DNA of 64,000 bases from an uncultured bacterium. Its GTDB lineage: Bacteria; Verrucomicrobiota; Verrucomicrobiia; Limisphaerales; UBA8199. Of this stretch, positions 48,866-61,409 are shown piece after piece (the stretch's first letter is position 1; each line of letters begins with the position of its first letter). Made by a program: the position numbers and the translations under genes. Location of the stretch: contig CAVVMW010000023.1 in assembly GCA_963749495.1 (NCBI GenBank), forward strand, positions 192,001 through 256,000, read 5' to 3'. Under the pieces are notes generated by a model. It saw nothing but the letters and a program-made list of their open reading frames with translations. It searched no databases and was not told the origin of the DNA.

Positions 48866-51800
48866 ATGAGAAGAATCCTCACCCAAGCACTCGGACTTGT
48901 GCCCTTGGTTTTGTTCTGGAGTTGGTGTCCGATGCTGGCCCCTTTCGACGCCAGAGCCGCCGTCGTCACCTTTACCCAGGACACGCTCATTGACGTTGGC
49001 AACAGCAGTTTTGACGGCCAGGATATCGTCGTCCAGGCTTGCACTGTGACGGCGAACGGAGTTCATGCATTCAATAGCGTCCAGGTGGTCGGCGGTGGCG
49101 TGTTGACGCATCAGCCTACGACACCGGCGCAGGAGTATTCACTGGTCCTGGCGATTGTGAGCAATCTCGTCGTGGACGCCGCTTCGAGAATTGACGTATC
49201 CGGACGTGGTTACGCAAATGATGGCGCCTTGGGCGCCCTTACCCTGGGCAACACCAACACTGGAGCAGCCTCGGGCCGGTCGGGTGGCTCATACGGTGGT
49301 CTTGGGGCGCCTGCCTCGGGCGGACAGGCCAACTCGACCTACGGCGACTACCACAATCCCAATGAGCTGGGCTCGGCCGGGGCTGGAACCGATGCCAACG
49401 GCGGCGCGGGCGGCGGGTTGGTGCGCATTAGCGCTGCCAGCGCCCACATTGACGGAGCACTTCTGGCGAATGGGGCCAACGCGGTGGATAGTGGTGACTA
49501 TGGCGGAGGCGGGGGCAGCGGCGGAGGCGTATGGCTGCATGTGGGCAGTCTGAGCGGCGGTGGCCTGATTGCCGCCAACGGGGGCGGGCCGGCCACCTGG
49601 GGTGCCGCAGGCGGGGGTGGCCGGGTGGCAGTTTACTACGGCACAGCCAACGGCTTTGATCTGACCAACCAGGTGACCGTGCATGGCGCCAATGGCAATG
49701 GCACGGGTTCGGTGGGGACGGTGTATCTGAAAGAAAGCGGGGCGGTGGGCGAATTGCTGCTGGCCAGCCATGGCACCCCGGCGGGATTGTGGACTCCCTT
49801 GGGCCTGGCAACCGACTCGGTGTTTCAGGTGGAGAACTTGGTGATTGCCGGGACGAATGTGGTCGCGGCCACGGCGCGCGAGATGCCCATCCAAGCCAAC
49901 GCGGTCGCGGTCCTCGATGGGGCGGTGTTGACGCACCAGCCAACAACGCTGACGCAGGAGTTCTCCTTGCAGTTGACCATCACTAACGGTCTGCTGGTGG
50001 ACAGCAACTCGGTAATTGACGTGTCGGGGCGTGGTTACGTGAATGATGGCACCTTGGGCGCCCTTACCCTGGGCAACACCAACACTGGAGCAGCCTCGGG
50101 CCGGTCGGGTGGCTCATACGGTGGTCTTGGGGCGCCTGCCTCGGGCGGACAGGGCAACTCGACCTACGGCGACTACCACAATCCCAATGAACTGGGCTCG
50201 GCCGGGGCTGGAGCCCAGGCCAACGGCGGCGCGGGCGGCGGGTTGGCGCGCATCAGTGCCGCCAGCGTCCAGATCGACGGAGCACTCCTGGCGAATGGCG
50301 CCAACGCGGTGGATAGTGGTGACTATGGCGGAGGCGGGGGCAGCGGCGGAGGCGTATGGCTGCATGTGGGCAGTCTGAGCGGCAGTGGACTGATTGCCGC
50401 CAATGGCGGTGGTCCGGCCATCTGGGGTGCCGCAGGCGGGGGTGGCCGGGTGGCGATTTACTATGGCACAGCCAACGGCTTTGATCTGACCAATCGGGTG
50501 ACCGCGCATGGCGCCAATGGCAATGGCACGGGCTCGGTGGGAACGGTGTATCTGAAAGAAAGCGGGGCGGTGGGCGAATTGCTGCTGGCCAGCCATGGCA
50601 CCCCGGCGGGATTGTGGACTCCCTTGGGCCTGGCAACCGACTCGGTGTTTCAGGTGGAGAACTTGGTGATTGCCGGGACGAATGTGGTCGCGGCGCCGGC
50701 GCATGAGATGCCGATCCAAGCCGGTTCGATCGCGGTGGTGAACGGGGCGATGTTGACGCACCAGCCAACGACAACGACGCAGGGTACTCCCTGCCGCTGA
50801 CCATCACTAACAGCCTGCTGGTGGACAGCAACTCGGTAATTGACGTGTCGGGGCGTGGTTACGTGAATGATGGCACCTTGGGCGCCCTTACCCTGGGCAA
50901 CACCAACACTGGAGCAGCCTCGGGCCGGTCGGGTGGCTCATACGGTGGTCTTGGGGCGCCTGCCTCGGGCAGACAGGCCAACTCGACCTACGGCGACTAC
51001 CACAATCCCAATGAACTGGGCTCGGCCGGGGCTGGAGCCCAGGCCAACGGCGGCGCGGGCGGCGGGTTGGTGCGCATCACCGCCGCCAGCGTCCAGATCA
51101 ACGGAGCACTCCTGGCAAATGGCGCCAACGCGGTGGACAACGGCAGCTATGGCGGCGGCGGGGGCAGTGGCGGAGGCGTATGGCTGCATGTGGGCAGTCT
51201 GAGCGGCAGTGGACTGATTGCCGCCAATGGGGGTGTGCCGGCCAACTGGGGGGCCGCAGGCGGGGGGGACGGGTGGCGATTTATTATGGCTCGCTCTCCG
51301 GCCTTGACCTTGCTCGCCAGGTTACCGCCCATGGAGGCAACGGCAACGGTAATGCCAACAGTCCCGGAGCGGTGGGGACGGTCTATACGTGCCAGGCGGG
51401 AACTCCAGGCCAATTGCTGCTGGCCAGCCACGGCACTGCGGTCGGGACTTGGACGCCTTTGGGCATGGTGACGGACACGGTTTTTCAGGTGGAAAACCTG
51501 GTGATTTCCGGGCAAGGGATGGTGGTGGCGCTGGCGCACGAGATGCCGATCCAAGCCGGTTCGATTGCCGTGGTGAACGGGGCGGTGTTGACGCACCAGC
51601 CAACAACACTGGCGCAGGAGTACTCCCTGCGGCTGGCCATTACCAACAGCCTGCTGGTGGACAGCAACTCGGTAATTGACGTGTCGGGGCGCGGTTACAT
51701 AAATGATGGCGCCTTGGGCGCTCTTACCCTGGGCAACACCAACACTGGAGCAGCCTCGGGCCGGTCAGGCGGCTCTTATGGTGGTCTTGGGGCGCCTGCC

Positions 51801-54800
51801 TCGAACGGACAGGGCAACTCGACCTACGGTGACTACCACAATCCCAATGAGCTGGGTTCCGCCGGGGCTGGAACCCATGCCAACGGCGGCGCGGGCGGCG
51901 GGTTGGTGCGCATTAGCGCTGCCAGCGCCCACATCGACGGAGCACTTCTGGCGAATGGGGCCAACGCGGCGGATAGTGGTGACTATGGCGGAGGCGGGGG
52001 CAGCGGCGGAGGCGTATGGCTGAATGTGGGCAGCCTGAGGGGCGGCGGTTTGATTGCCGCAAATGGGGGGAGCGGGATCACTTGGGGAGTCGCCGGCGGC
52101 GGTGGCCGTGTAGCGCTCTACTACGGCACAGTCAACGGTTTCGATCTGACCAATCGGGTAACCGCGCACGGCGGCAGGGGCAACGGCGCGGGTGCGGTGG
52201 GAACGGTGTACCTGAAACAGAATGGCGCCCTTGGCCAGTTGCTCCTGGCCAGCCATGACACTCCGGCGGGAGCGTGGACTCCCTTGGGACTGGCAAGCGA
52301 CTCTATGTTTGGGGCGGAAGACCTGGTGATTTCCGGGACGAATGTGGTGGCGATGCCGGCCCACCAGATGCCCATCCAAGCCAATACCGTCGCCGTGCTC
52401 GATGGGGCGCTGTTGACCCACCAGCCAACCACAGCGGCACAGGAATTCTCCTTGCGGTTGAGCATCACTAACAGCCTGGTGGTGGACAGCAACTCGGCAG
52501 TCAATGTGTCCGGGCGTGGCTACACCGACGGCTACACGGTCGGCGACACCACGAGCGGGGCAGCCACCGGTCGCTCTGGCGGGTCCTATGGTGGTTTGGG
52601 AGCTTCAGCCTCAGGACAGAGCAATCCGGTGTACGGGGACTACCACTATCCCAATGAGCTTGGGTCTGGCGGAGCTGGGTCCTACGGGAATGGGGGCACG
52701 GGTGGAGGCTTGGTGCACATCGGTGCCGGCAGCGCGCAGGTGGACGGGCAGATCCTGGCCAACGGGGCCAATGCCGTGGATCACGGCGACTATGGCGGAG
52801 GCGGGGGCAGCGGCGGGGGGATTCTGCTGAATGTGGGCAGCCTGAGCGGCGGCGGCCTGATTGCAGCCAATGGGGGTGCGCCGGCCGACTGGGGGGCCGC
52901 AGGCGGGGGCGGCAGGGTAGCCGTCTATTCCAGTGGCTTGACCTTTCCGAGAGCTAATGTAGCGGCCAACGCTGGCGCGGGCGGTCCCGCTGGAGCGCAA
53001 CCTGGAACGGTCCTTTTCAGCGCCACTCCGTACTTCTTATGGGACCATACGAATTCGTTCCTCCACGGGGTCGAGCAGGTAGGTTGTGAAGTTGTGGGCG
53101 TTGGCTCTCAGGATTCCGTCAGCGTGCAGATCTCGGCTGCTCAAGCGGGCGTTTCTTACCTCATCGGCGTGCGCACGGATAAGATCGTTTCCTTTTTCTG
53201 GGATACGGCCACTGTGCCTGACGGGGTGTATGAGCTTCGCGCGGCCTTCCGCCTCAACATGTCCCAGGTCATCGGAGAGCTTTCACAGACCGTGTTGGTG
53301 AACAATTCGGTCGTTTGCCATTCGGGGCTGGTGACAACCAATCAAATTTGGCCAGCCGGGCAAGTTCACGTTGTCAACGGGAACCTCATTATCGGCCAGG
53401 GTGTGACGGTCACGATTGAGCCTGGCGCGGTGGTGAAGTTCACCCACGGGAGCGGAATCACCATCGCGGCTGGCGGTGTCCTCGATGCTCCCGCAACGGC
53501 ATCCGGCCCCATCATCCTCACCTCTTTGGCCGATGACACTGCCGGCGGCGACAGCAATTTGGACGGAAACAACTCGTTGCCCGTCCCGGGGGATTGGCTG
53601 GGTGTCACCGTTGAGGGGACCGGCCAGTTTAACGTGGCGGCTGCCCACGTCAACCTGCGTTATGCCTTCAGCGTCCACGGGGGCACGCTCTCTGCGAATG
53701 AGACCTGGCCGGGCACGCTGGTCCATCTCGTCAATCAGAACCTGGTCGTGCCCGGCGGCGTGACTCTCACGCTCAATCCGGGCGCGGTCGTCAAGTTCGC
53801 ATCAGGCGTTGGCATGACCATCCAATCAGGCGGGATACTGACGGCTCTGGGCACCGTGGCCCTGCCCATCACTCTCACCTCGATTCGAGACGATATGGTC
53901 GCCGGCGACAGCAATGGGGATGGCAATGCCACCTTGCCGGCGCCAGGGGACTGGGCGGGCGTTTTCGTCAACGGCGGACGAGCTGAGCTCGATCACGCCG
54001 CGGTCAACTACGCCGGCTTTACCGCCAACGGCCAGTGGGACACTACTGCGGGCGCCATCAACCTGCAAAACAACGGCACCCTGACGCTGTCCAACTCGAT
54101 CATCAATAACGCCTTCTTTGACGGCCTCATCGCTTGGGGCAGCGGTGACGCAACCCTGGTCAGTTCACTCATTCTCAACTGCGATCGGGGCATCGACCCG
54201 GACGGCTCGAGCATCGTTCGGCTCATCAACTGCCTGCTGGATAACAACCGCATCGGCATCTGGGGCCATAACGGGACGGTCGGGATCACCAACACCATCA
54301 TCAGCCACAGCTCGCAGGCGGGCCTTTACAATATCCTCAATTCGCCGATTGCCCTGCATTACAGCGATGTCTGGTCCACTAACGGCGCCAACTACGTGGG
54401 CAACATCTCCGACCAGACCGGCGCCAATGGCAATATCTCGGCGGACCCCAAGTTCAAGAACATCGCTCTCGGGGACTACCGCCTCAACTATGGCTCGCCT
54501 TGCATCAACGCCGCCGATTCGACCGTCGCCCCGCCGGGCGATTTCATGGGGGCGCCGCGCTATACCGACCCGCGCACCCTGGTCAAGACCGGCCTCCCGG
54601 GCACCAACGGAGTCTATGCGGATATGGGGGCGTTCGAGTTTGTCGAGACTGCCGTATCGGATGTCAACCTCATCGCCACCCAGGTTAGCGGTCCGGGGTT
54701 CGTCACCGCTGGTGATTGGGTCCTGGTTCAGTGGACCGTTGCCAACCTTGGCAGTGGCGTTGCGGTGGGGCCTTGGCACGACACCGTCTATTTGGCTCCC

Positions 54801-57800
54801 GCCCGGGGCGCCGATGCCCCGCTTTGGGCGGCCGAGGTGCTCGACGGGACGCTGGCCTTGGGCTCCGGCGAAACGGTCACCGTCACCAATTCAGTCCGCG
54901 TTCCAGGCGGTGCGGAAGGCGCCTACCAGTGGCAGGTCCGCGTCAACAGCCGCGGCGAGGTCTTCGAGGGCATCAATTGGACCAATAACCTGGCCAGCGG
55001 AGCGGCCACGGTGCAATTGCAGGTGCCCGAGTTGGTCGTGGGCGCTAATCCCATTGCCCAGCAGTTTAATGGGGAAGGGCAATCCCAGTGGTTTAAGGTC
55101 CAGCTCCCGGCGGGCCAAAATGTCCTGGTAACCCTCTCACCCACGGGTAATTCCAGCACCCTCGAAATGTATTCGGGCCAGGGTTATATGCCCACGCAGT
55201 TGAATTATGACGCGCAACAAAGGGCCTCAAACGGCAGCGCGGCCACCCTGCTGTTGCCTAGCGGCGCCGCCAGCACTTGCTACCTCTTGTTATATGCCCA
55301 GTCCCTGCCGGGGGGGACGGCCGCTTACAATTTGGCGGCCACGGTCCTCGACTTCTCATTGACGGAAATCAGTTCGGCAACACGGGTCGGGAACACGGGA
55401 CCCGTGACCCTCGATGTGCGCGGGGGACAACTGTCCGCAAACCTGGCTTACCAGGTCATCGGGCCCGATGGCCAGGCGATTGCAGCCACCTCCGTCTATG
55501 CGGTAAATTCATCCGAAGTGTTTGTCACCTTCGATCTCAGCGGGCGTCCCCTGGGGAACTACCAACTGCTCGCGGGGCAAAGCGGCCACACCGTAACGCT
55601 CACGAATGCCATCGAACGTAATCCACGGGAACCCCGGGCACGTCAATGTCAATGTGGCCAGTCCAGCCAATACTCGTCCCGGTAGAGAGGGCGTGGTGGT
55701 GATCGAATACCGCAACACGGGCAACGTGGATGTGACGGCGCCCTTGATGCAAGTCCAGGCGCAAAACGCCAACCTCCGATTTGACGCCCAGAGCGATTAT
55801 GTGGGCGGCTCAGTGTGGTTGTTGGGCATCAACAACGCAGGCCCCGCCGGCACCCTGCCCCCAGGGGCAGCGGGCTCGGTGCAACTGCTCTTTGAGCCCG
55901 GCACGGCAGCCAGTTGTACTTTCAGCGTGCTGCTGCCGCCCTCAACGAACACTCCCGCCGACTGGGCCAGCCTCAAGGATTCCCTGCGGCCGGAGGACGT
56001 TCTGCCCGAGGCCTGGGATGCCATTTACGCCAACTTTGTCGCCCGGCTTGGCCCCACCATGGGCCAATGCCAAAGCGCCCTTGCCCAAGACGCCACTTAC
56101 CTGGGGCAGCTTGGCAGCTATGTGACGGACGTCCGAACCTTGGCCAGCTTCGAGCTCTTCCACGCCGGTCAAGAGGGCGCCATCAGCCAACGCTATAACT
56201 TGGGCACCTTTGGTCGAGGTCAAGTGGATCCCACCAATATCGTCGCGGTGACCAACACCGCCGGGGATGTCAGAATTCGCGTCTCCCAGACCTTTATGCG
56301 GCTCTTTAAGCTCCAGGCCGATGGAAGTTACCTCGCCTTGCCCGGCGATTACGGTGTGTTGACCCTGGCCAAAGGTCATTATCAGATCAGCGAATCCGAC
56401 GGCACGATACTGGCCTTCCGACCCGACAACACATTGGACTATATCGAGGATCCCAACCTCAATCGCCTGACCTGCAACTACACCAGCGGCAGGTTGGCCA
56501 GTTGGACCGATTCCTGGGGCGACTCTGTGCTGTTGACCTACAATGCGCAAGGCCGAGTCGTCAGCCTCACCGACCCGGTCGGACGCAACACCACTTTCGC
56601 ATACGATGCCTTGGGAGAGCATCTCACCAGCATTGTGGCTCCCGATGGCACCACCAATTCCTACACCTACGTCACGGGCCAAGGGGCGGCTCGCGAACAC
56701 GCGCTGGCGTCGGTCACGGCCGCTGATGGCACACGGCTGAACCTGGAATATGACGACCTGGGCGCCCTGACGCAACTGAGCCAGGCGGGAGGCCAGGCGA
56801 CGTTAACCATTGATAGCGACTCGCCGGGAACCGTCACCGTGACGGATGCCAATGGCGCTTCGGTAAAGTTCCTCTACGATCACCTCGGCCAATTGCGCCA
56901 GCTCATTGATCCCTTCGGCAACCTGACGCGGTTGGATTATGACGCAAACCACAACCTGACCCGCGCCGCTCTCCCCGGCGGATTGAGTTCCTCGTTCAAT
57001 TACGATCCTCGCGGCAACCTCATCGCCGGCATCGACGCCCTGGGCAGCCGCCTGGACGCGACTTATGACCCGACCCTCAACGTGCCCCTCAGCCTCCGCA
57101 CTCCCGGCGGCCAGCAAACGCAGTTCACCTACGACGGCCGTGGCAATCCGCTCTCCATGATCTACCCGGATGGACGCACCGAGCAAGCAACCTATGACGC
57201 CAGGGGCGCTATCACAAACGCGGTTGATGGCCGCGCAATCGGGATTCAATACGTTTATGATGACAAGGGGCTTTTGACGAAGAAGCAATATGCGGATGGC
57301 AGCCGAGTTCAGTTCAGCTATGATGCCCACCGGAACCTAACCAACATTTCTCAGATCAACGGCGCCACGAATCGCGCCACGGTCATGGCCTATGATGCGG
57401 CCGATCGGCTGATTAAGGTGACCGATCGCTTCAATCGCTCTCTGGCGTTCAACTATGATGGCGCCGGACGGCGCACCCGGATGCTGGCCGGCGACGGTTT
57501 TGCGGTCAACTACGCCTACGATGCCCAGGGCCGCCTGTCCCAAGTGACCGACGCGGCCGGCAATACTAATGTAACCTACAATTACGATGCCGGCGGCCGT
57601 TTGGCCAATAAGCAACTGGGTAATGGCGCCCTGGCCACTTACCAATACGACGCGGCGAACCAGATTGTTCGCCTGGTCAACCAGGCGCCGGACGGGTCGA
57701 TTCTCTCCCGCTTTGATTATGCCTACGACAAACTGGGGCGGCGAACCCGCCTCGTCACGCTGGAAGGCACCAACGACTATGCCTACGACGCCATCGGACA

Positions 57801-60800
57801 ATTGGCCGCGGTCACGCTGCCGGGGGGCAGAACAATAGACTACACTTATGATGCCGAAGGAAATCGGAGCTTGGTCTCCGACAATGGCGCAGCCACCGCG
57901 TACCTGCCAAATAATTTGGACCAATACACGATGGTTGGCTCCGCGGCCTGCCAGTATGATGCGGACGGAAATCTGATTTCGAAAACCGATGGTGGCCAGA
58001 CCTGGACTTATGCGTACAGATAACGAGAACCGTCTCGTTCAGGCTGTCACTCCGGATGGCACGTGGAGTTACGAGTATGATGCGTTTGGCAACCGGGTCG
58101 CAACTGTCCAAAATGGCCAGCGCACCGAATACCTGATCGATCCATTCGGTCTTGGCAACGTGGTGGGTGAATTCAATGGTTCTGGCGGCCTGGTGGCACA
58201 TTACGCGCACGGGGGCGGCCTGGTGAGCCGCGCCGATGGCCGAGGTGAGTCTGCATTTTATCACTTTGACGCCCTCGGAAACACCAGCGAGATGACTGAC
58301 CCTTCGGGCAATGTGCTCAATCAGTATTCGTACTTGCCTTTTGGCGAACCCTTGAGCGTGGCTGAAGCGGTAGAGAATCCGTTTCGCCACGTCGGGGAAT
58401 TGGGTGTCATGCACGAAGGGCACGGTATGGAGTTCGTGCGGGCAAGGTCCTTCGATCCGGCAGCCGGCAGGTTTACGCAGCGGGACCCCATTGGTCTGGC
58501 GGGTGGCATAAACCTCTATCGTTGCACAGGGAATGATCCGGTGAACTCATCGGATCCCAGTGGTCTGATGGTGAACCTTTGGAGCTCTTACGAAACGTTA
58601 AGCGGCCTCATCTTCGAGTCAGGCAGGGCAGTTGATTATCTGGAAGCTCTTCGCCCCTTCCTGAACCAGGGGGCGCGCGAGCAAGTGTATGCCACCTACC
58701 TGCGACAGGGCTTGCGCCCGGCGCTCCAATTAGCCCTGCGTTTTAACAACGCAGGCGCGATAGAATATGCGGCCAAGGTCCTTGGCATGAACAGTTCTTT
58801 GGAGGCTGAGGCCGCTCGACAAACGGCACTGGCAGCAGAACAGGCTGCCGCTGCTGCAGCGGCAGGGGAGGCGTCGGGTGCCCGCTGGGCTGCAGCCAGA
58901 ACAATAGGCGGCAAAATACTAGGCGGAGCGCTGACGGTTTACACCCTATACCAGGGTGCCCAAGCGTGGTGCCAGGTATTGTCGGTCTCGGGAATGAACG
59001 ACTTGGACTACCTCACGGATGGCTGGCTCTTGGGAGTAACACCCGTGGCTCAAGCCGGGACACGGGTCGTTACTTCGCATGACCCCAACGATATCACCGG
59101 CCCGGCCGGTTATGGGCAGCAGTCCTACGTCAGTGTGGATTTCACGATGTATTACCTGATCCAGTTCGCGAACAAGACCAACGCCTCGGCGCCGGCACAA
59201 ATGGTGGTGGTGACAAACCAGTTGCCAGCCGCCCTGGATTACGGCACCTTCGAATTAGGGAATATGGGCTTTGGCACTAACGTCGTGACGGTGCCGCCGG
59301 GCCGCACTTTCTATTCCAGCCGGGTGGATGCGCGCGGCGCGCTGGGCCTTTACGTGGATGTGCAAGGCCAGTTCGATGCGACCAGCGGTTTGGCGGTTTG
59401 GACCTTCACTTCGATCAATCCGGTAACCGGTGGCGAGCCGGAGGACCCCTTGGCCGGGTTTTTGCCGCCGGACACCAACCCTCCGGCCGGCGAAGGCTGG
59501 GTGCGCTATAGCGTGAAGCCGCTCGCGGATACGGCCGACGGTTCGCAGGTCAGCGCCCAGGCCTCGGTTTACTTCGACACCAACCCCCGCATCAACACGC
59601 CTACCATCACCAACGGCTTGGATAGCCTTACCCCGAGCAGCCATGTTATTCCGCTGCCGCCAACCAGTCCGCCTGCTTTCACCGTGAGTTGGACCGGGCA
59701 GGATGGACAGGGTTCGGGCATTGCCGGGTATGACATTTTTGTGGCCACCAACCAGGCGCCTTATGGCTTGTGGCTCCAAGGCACGACGAACAGCAGCGCT
59801 GCCTTCACCGGTTCGGTGGGCTCCACCTATGCCTTTTACAGCATCGCCACCGATGGAGTGGGACACCGCGAATTGCCACCTGCGGTCGCGGAGGCGCTGA
59901 CCTTGGTTGCTGCAACAGCTCCCACCAATGCCCCCTCTCTGCTGGACGGCCCGCTCATGAACGTCGCCCGGATGGGACATTGTATCGGGGAGATGCCGGA
60001 CGGTTCAGCCGTGGTTTTCGGGGGCCACGGCCAGGGATTCGTCGCCCTCAATTCCATCGAGATTTGGCGGCCGGCGGCCAACAGTTTCACTCTGCTGCCC
60101 ACGCCCTTCACCTTTGATTCCGGCGCCCTGGTGCGTCTGGCCGATGGGCGTTACCTGATGGCCGGCGGGGCGGCCAACCTGGGCGTAGCCCCGGGCTATA
60201 ATACAGCCCAGCTTTTCGATCCCGTCGCCGGCACCGTGGCTTCGACGGGCACCAGCATGGTGCGGCCTCGCATGTCTTGCCGCGGGGCCCTGCTCACCAG
60301 CGGCAAAGTGCTCATTGCAGGCGGTTGGTATGACACCGGCAGCGCCACTTATGGAGAACTGTTCGACCCGGCCACCGGGTTATTTGCGGCAACGGGAGCG
60401 CTGCGCACTCCGCGAGCCCAGCCGGTGGTGCTGCCGACCACCGACGGCAAGGCGGTGATCGCCGGCGGGATGGGGGTTTACGGCAGTCCGAGCTTTATCG
60501 AGCAGGTGGAATTATACGATCCGGTCCAAAATTCCTTCTCGGTGTTGACCAATGCCTTGTTCCCGGGTGAGACGGGCTGGGCCTTGAGCCCGGAGGGGGA
60601 GCGAACCATCCGGGACCAACAGACCGCCGATGGCCGTTATGTCCTCCAGGCTTCTCGGGTCACCAACAATGTTACCGAAGTGGTGCTGGCGATCTTCGAT
60701 CCCACGGCCCGCAAATTCACCAAGCTGGCCGCCAGCCCAGCCTTTACGGAGCCAGTGAGCGCCTGGCTGCCGGTGGTGTCGGCTGCGGAAAATGCAGTGT

Positions 60801-61282
60801 ATTTCCTCTCCGGCTACAACACCAACAGCAGCGCCAACTTGATCTTCCGCGTTCAGCGGGTGGACCTGGCCACCGGACAGCGGGTGGCCTCGGATGAACT
60901 TTCCGTCACCAACTACTATCCGGGCAGCAGTGCCACGGTGTTATTGAAAGATGGCCGGTTGTTTGTCACGGGCGGCACCACGGCGATCGATTCACAATTC
61001 AATTTCCAGCCCGTGCAGAACACGTTCTTTGTGGAGGGTTTGCCGGCCGGTTCCGTGGCGGGCGCTCCTCCACGCTTGAATTGGTCGAGGGTGGGCAAAA
61101 CCATCACCCTTTCCTGGCCGTCATCCGCGACTGGTTACATAATTGAACGCACCGGCAATTTAGCCGGCGCTGCCACCTGGAATTCCGTGACCAATTCCCT
61201 CACCGTGGTTGGAGATCAAAACACGGTTACTCTGGACATTGCCGGCCAAACCCTCTTCTTCCGCCTGAAAAAGGCAGAGTAA
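48866..61282 (+). CDS. Giant (about 4,100 aa) secreted RHS/YD-repeat protein with Gly-rich repeats, beta-helix, CARDB-like and Kelch domains; frameshifts near 50785, 51270, 55620, 58020
   Basis: Signal peptide, five ~275-aa repeats, YD repeats, RHS core (ARSFDPAAGRFTQRDPIG...DPSGL), SHDPND domain, Kelch repeats, C-terminal LFFRL tail. Confidence 0.8.
49100..52930 (+). repeat. Five tandem ~825-bp intragenic repeats
   Basis: ttgac(g/c)ca(c/t)cagcc starts at ~49103, 49928, 50753, 51588, 52413. Confidence 0.85.
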
Positions 61283-61409
61283 TAACCTGTCAATCCGCGC
61301 CGCATAACCCTGCAGGTGAATGAATTGGCGGTTGACGTTGCGGGGTCCTTTGCGGGACACTTGGCGCAATAGAAACCAGGTTTGTGCCGACCCACCTGGT
61401 CCAGATCGC

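Noticed and set aside
5518..61282. Frameshifts in about ten genes as programmed frameshifting or phase variation
   Set aside because: They are scattered single-base indels, mostly in short G/C/A runs within otherwise intact, unrelated genes. Long-read consensus error is the simpler explanation; read polishing would settle it.
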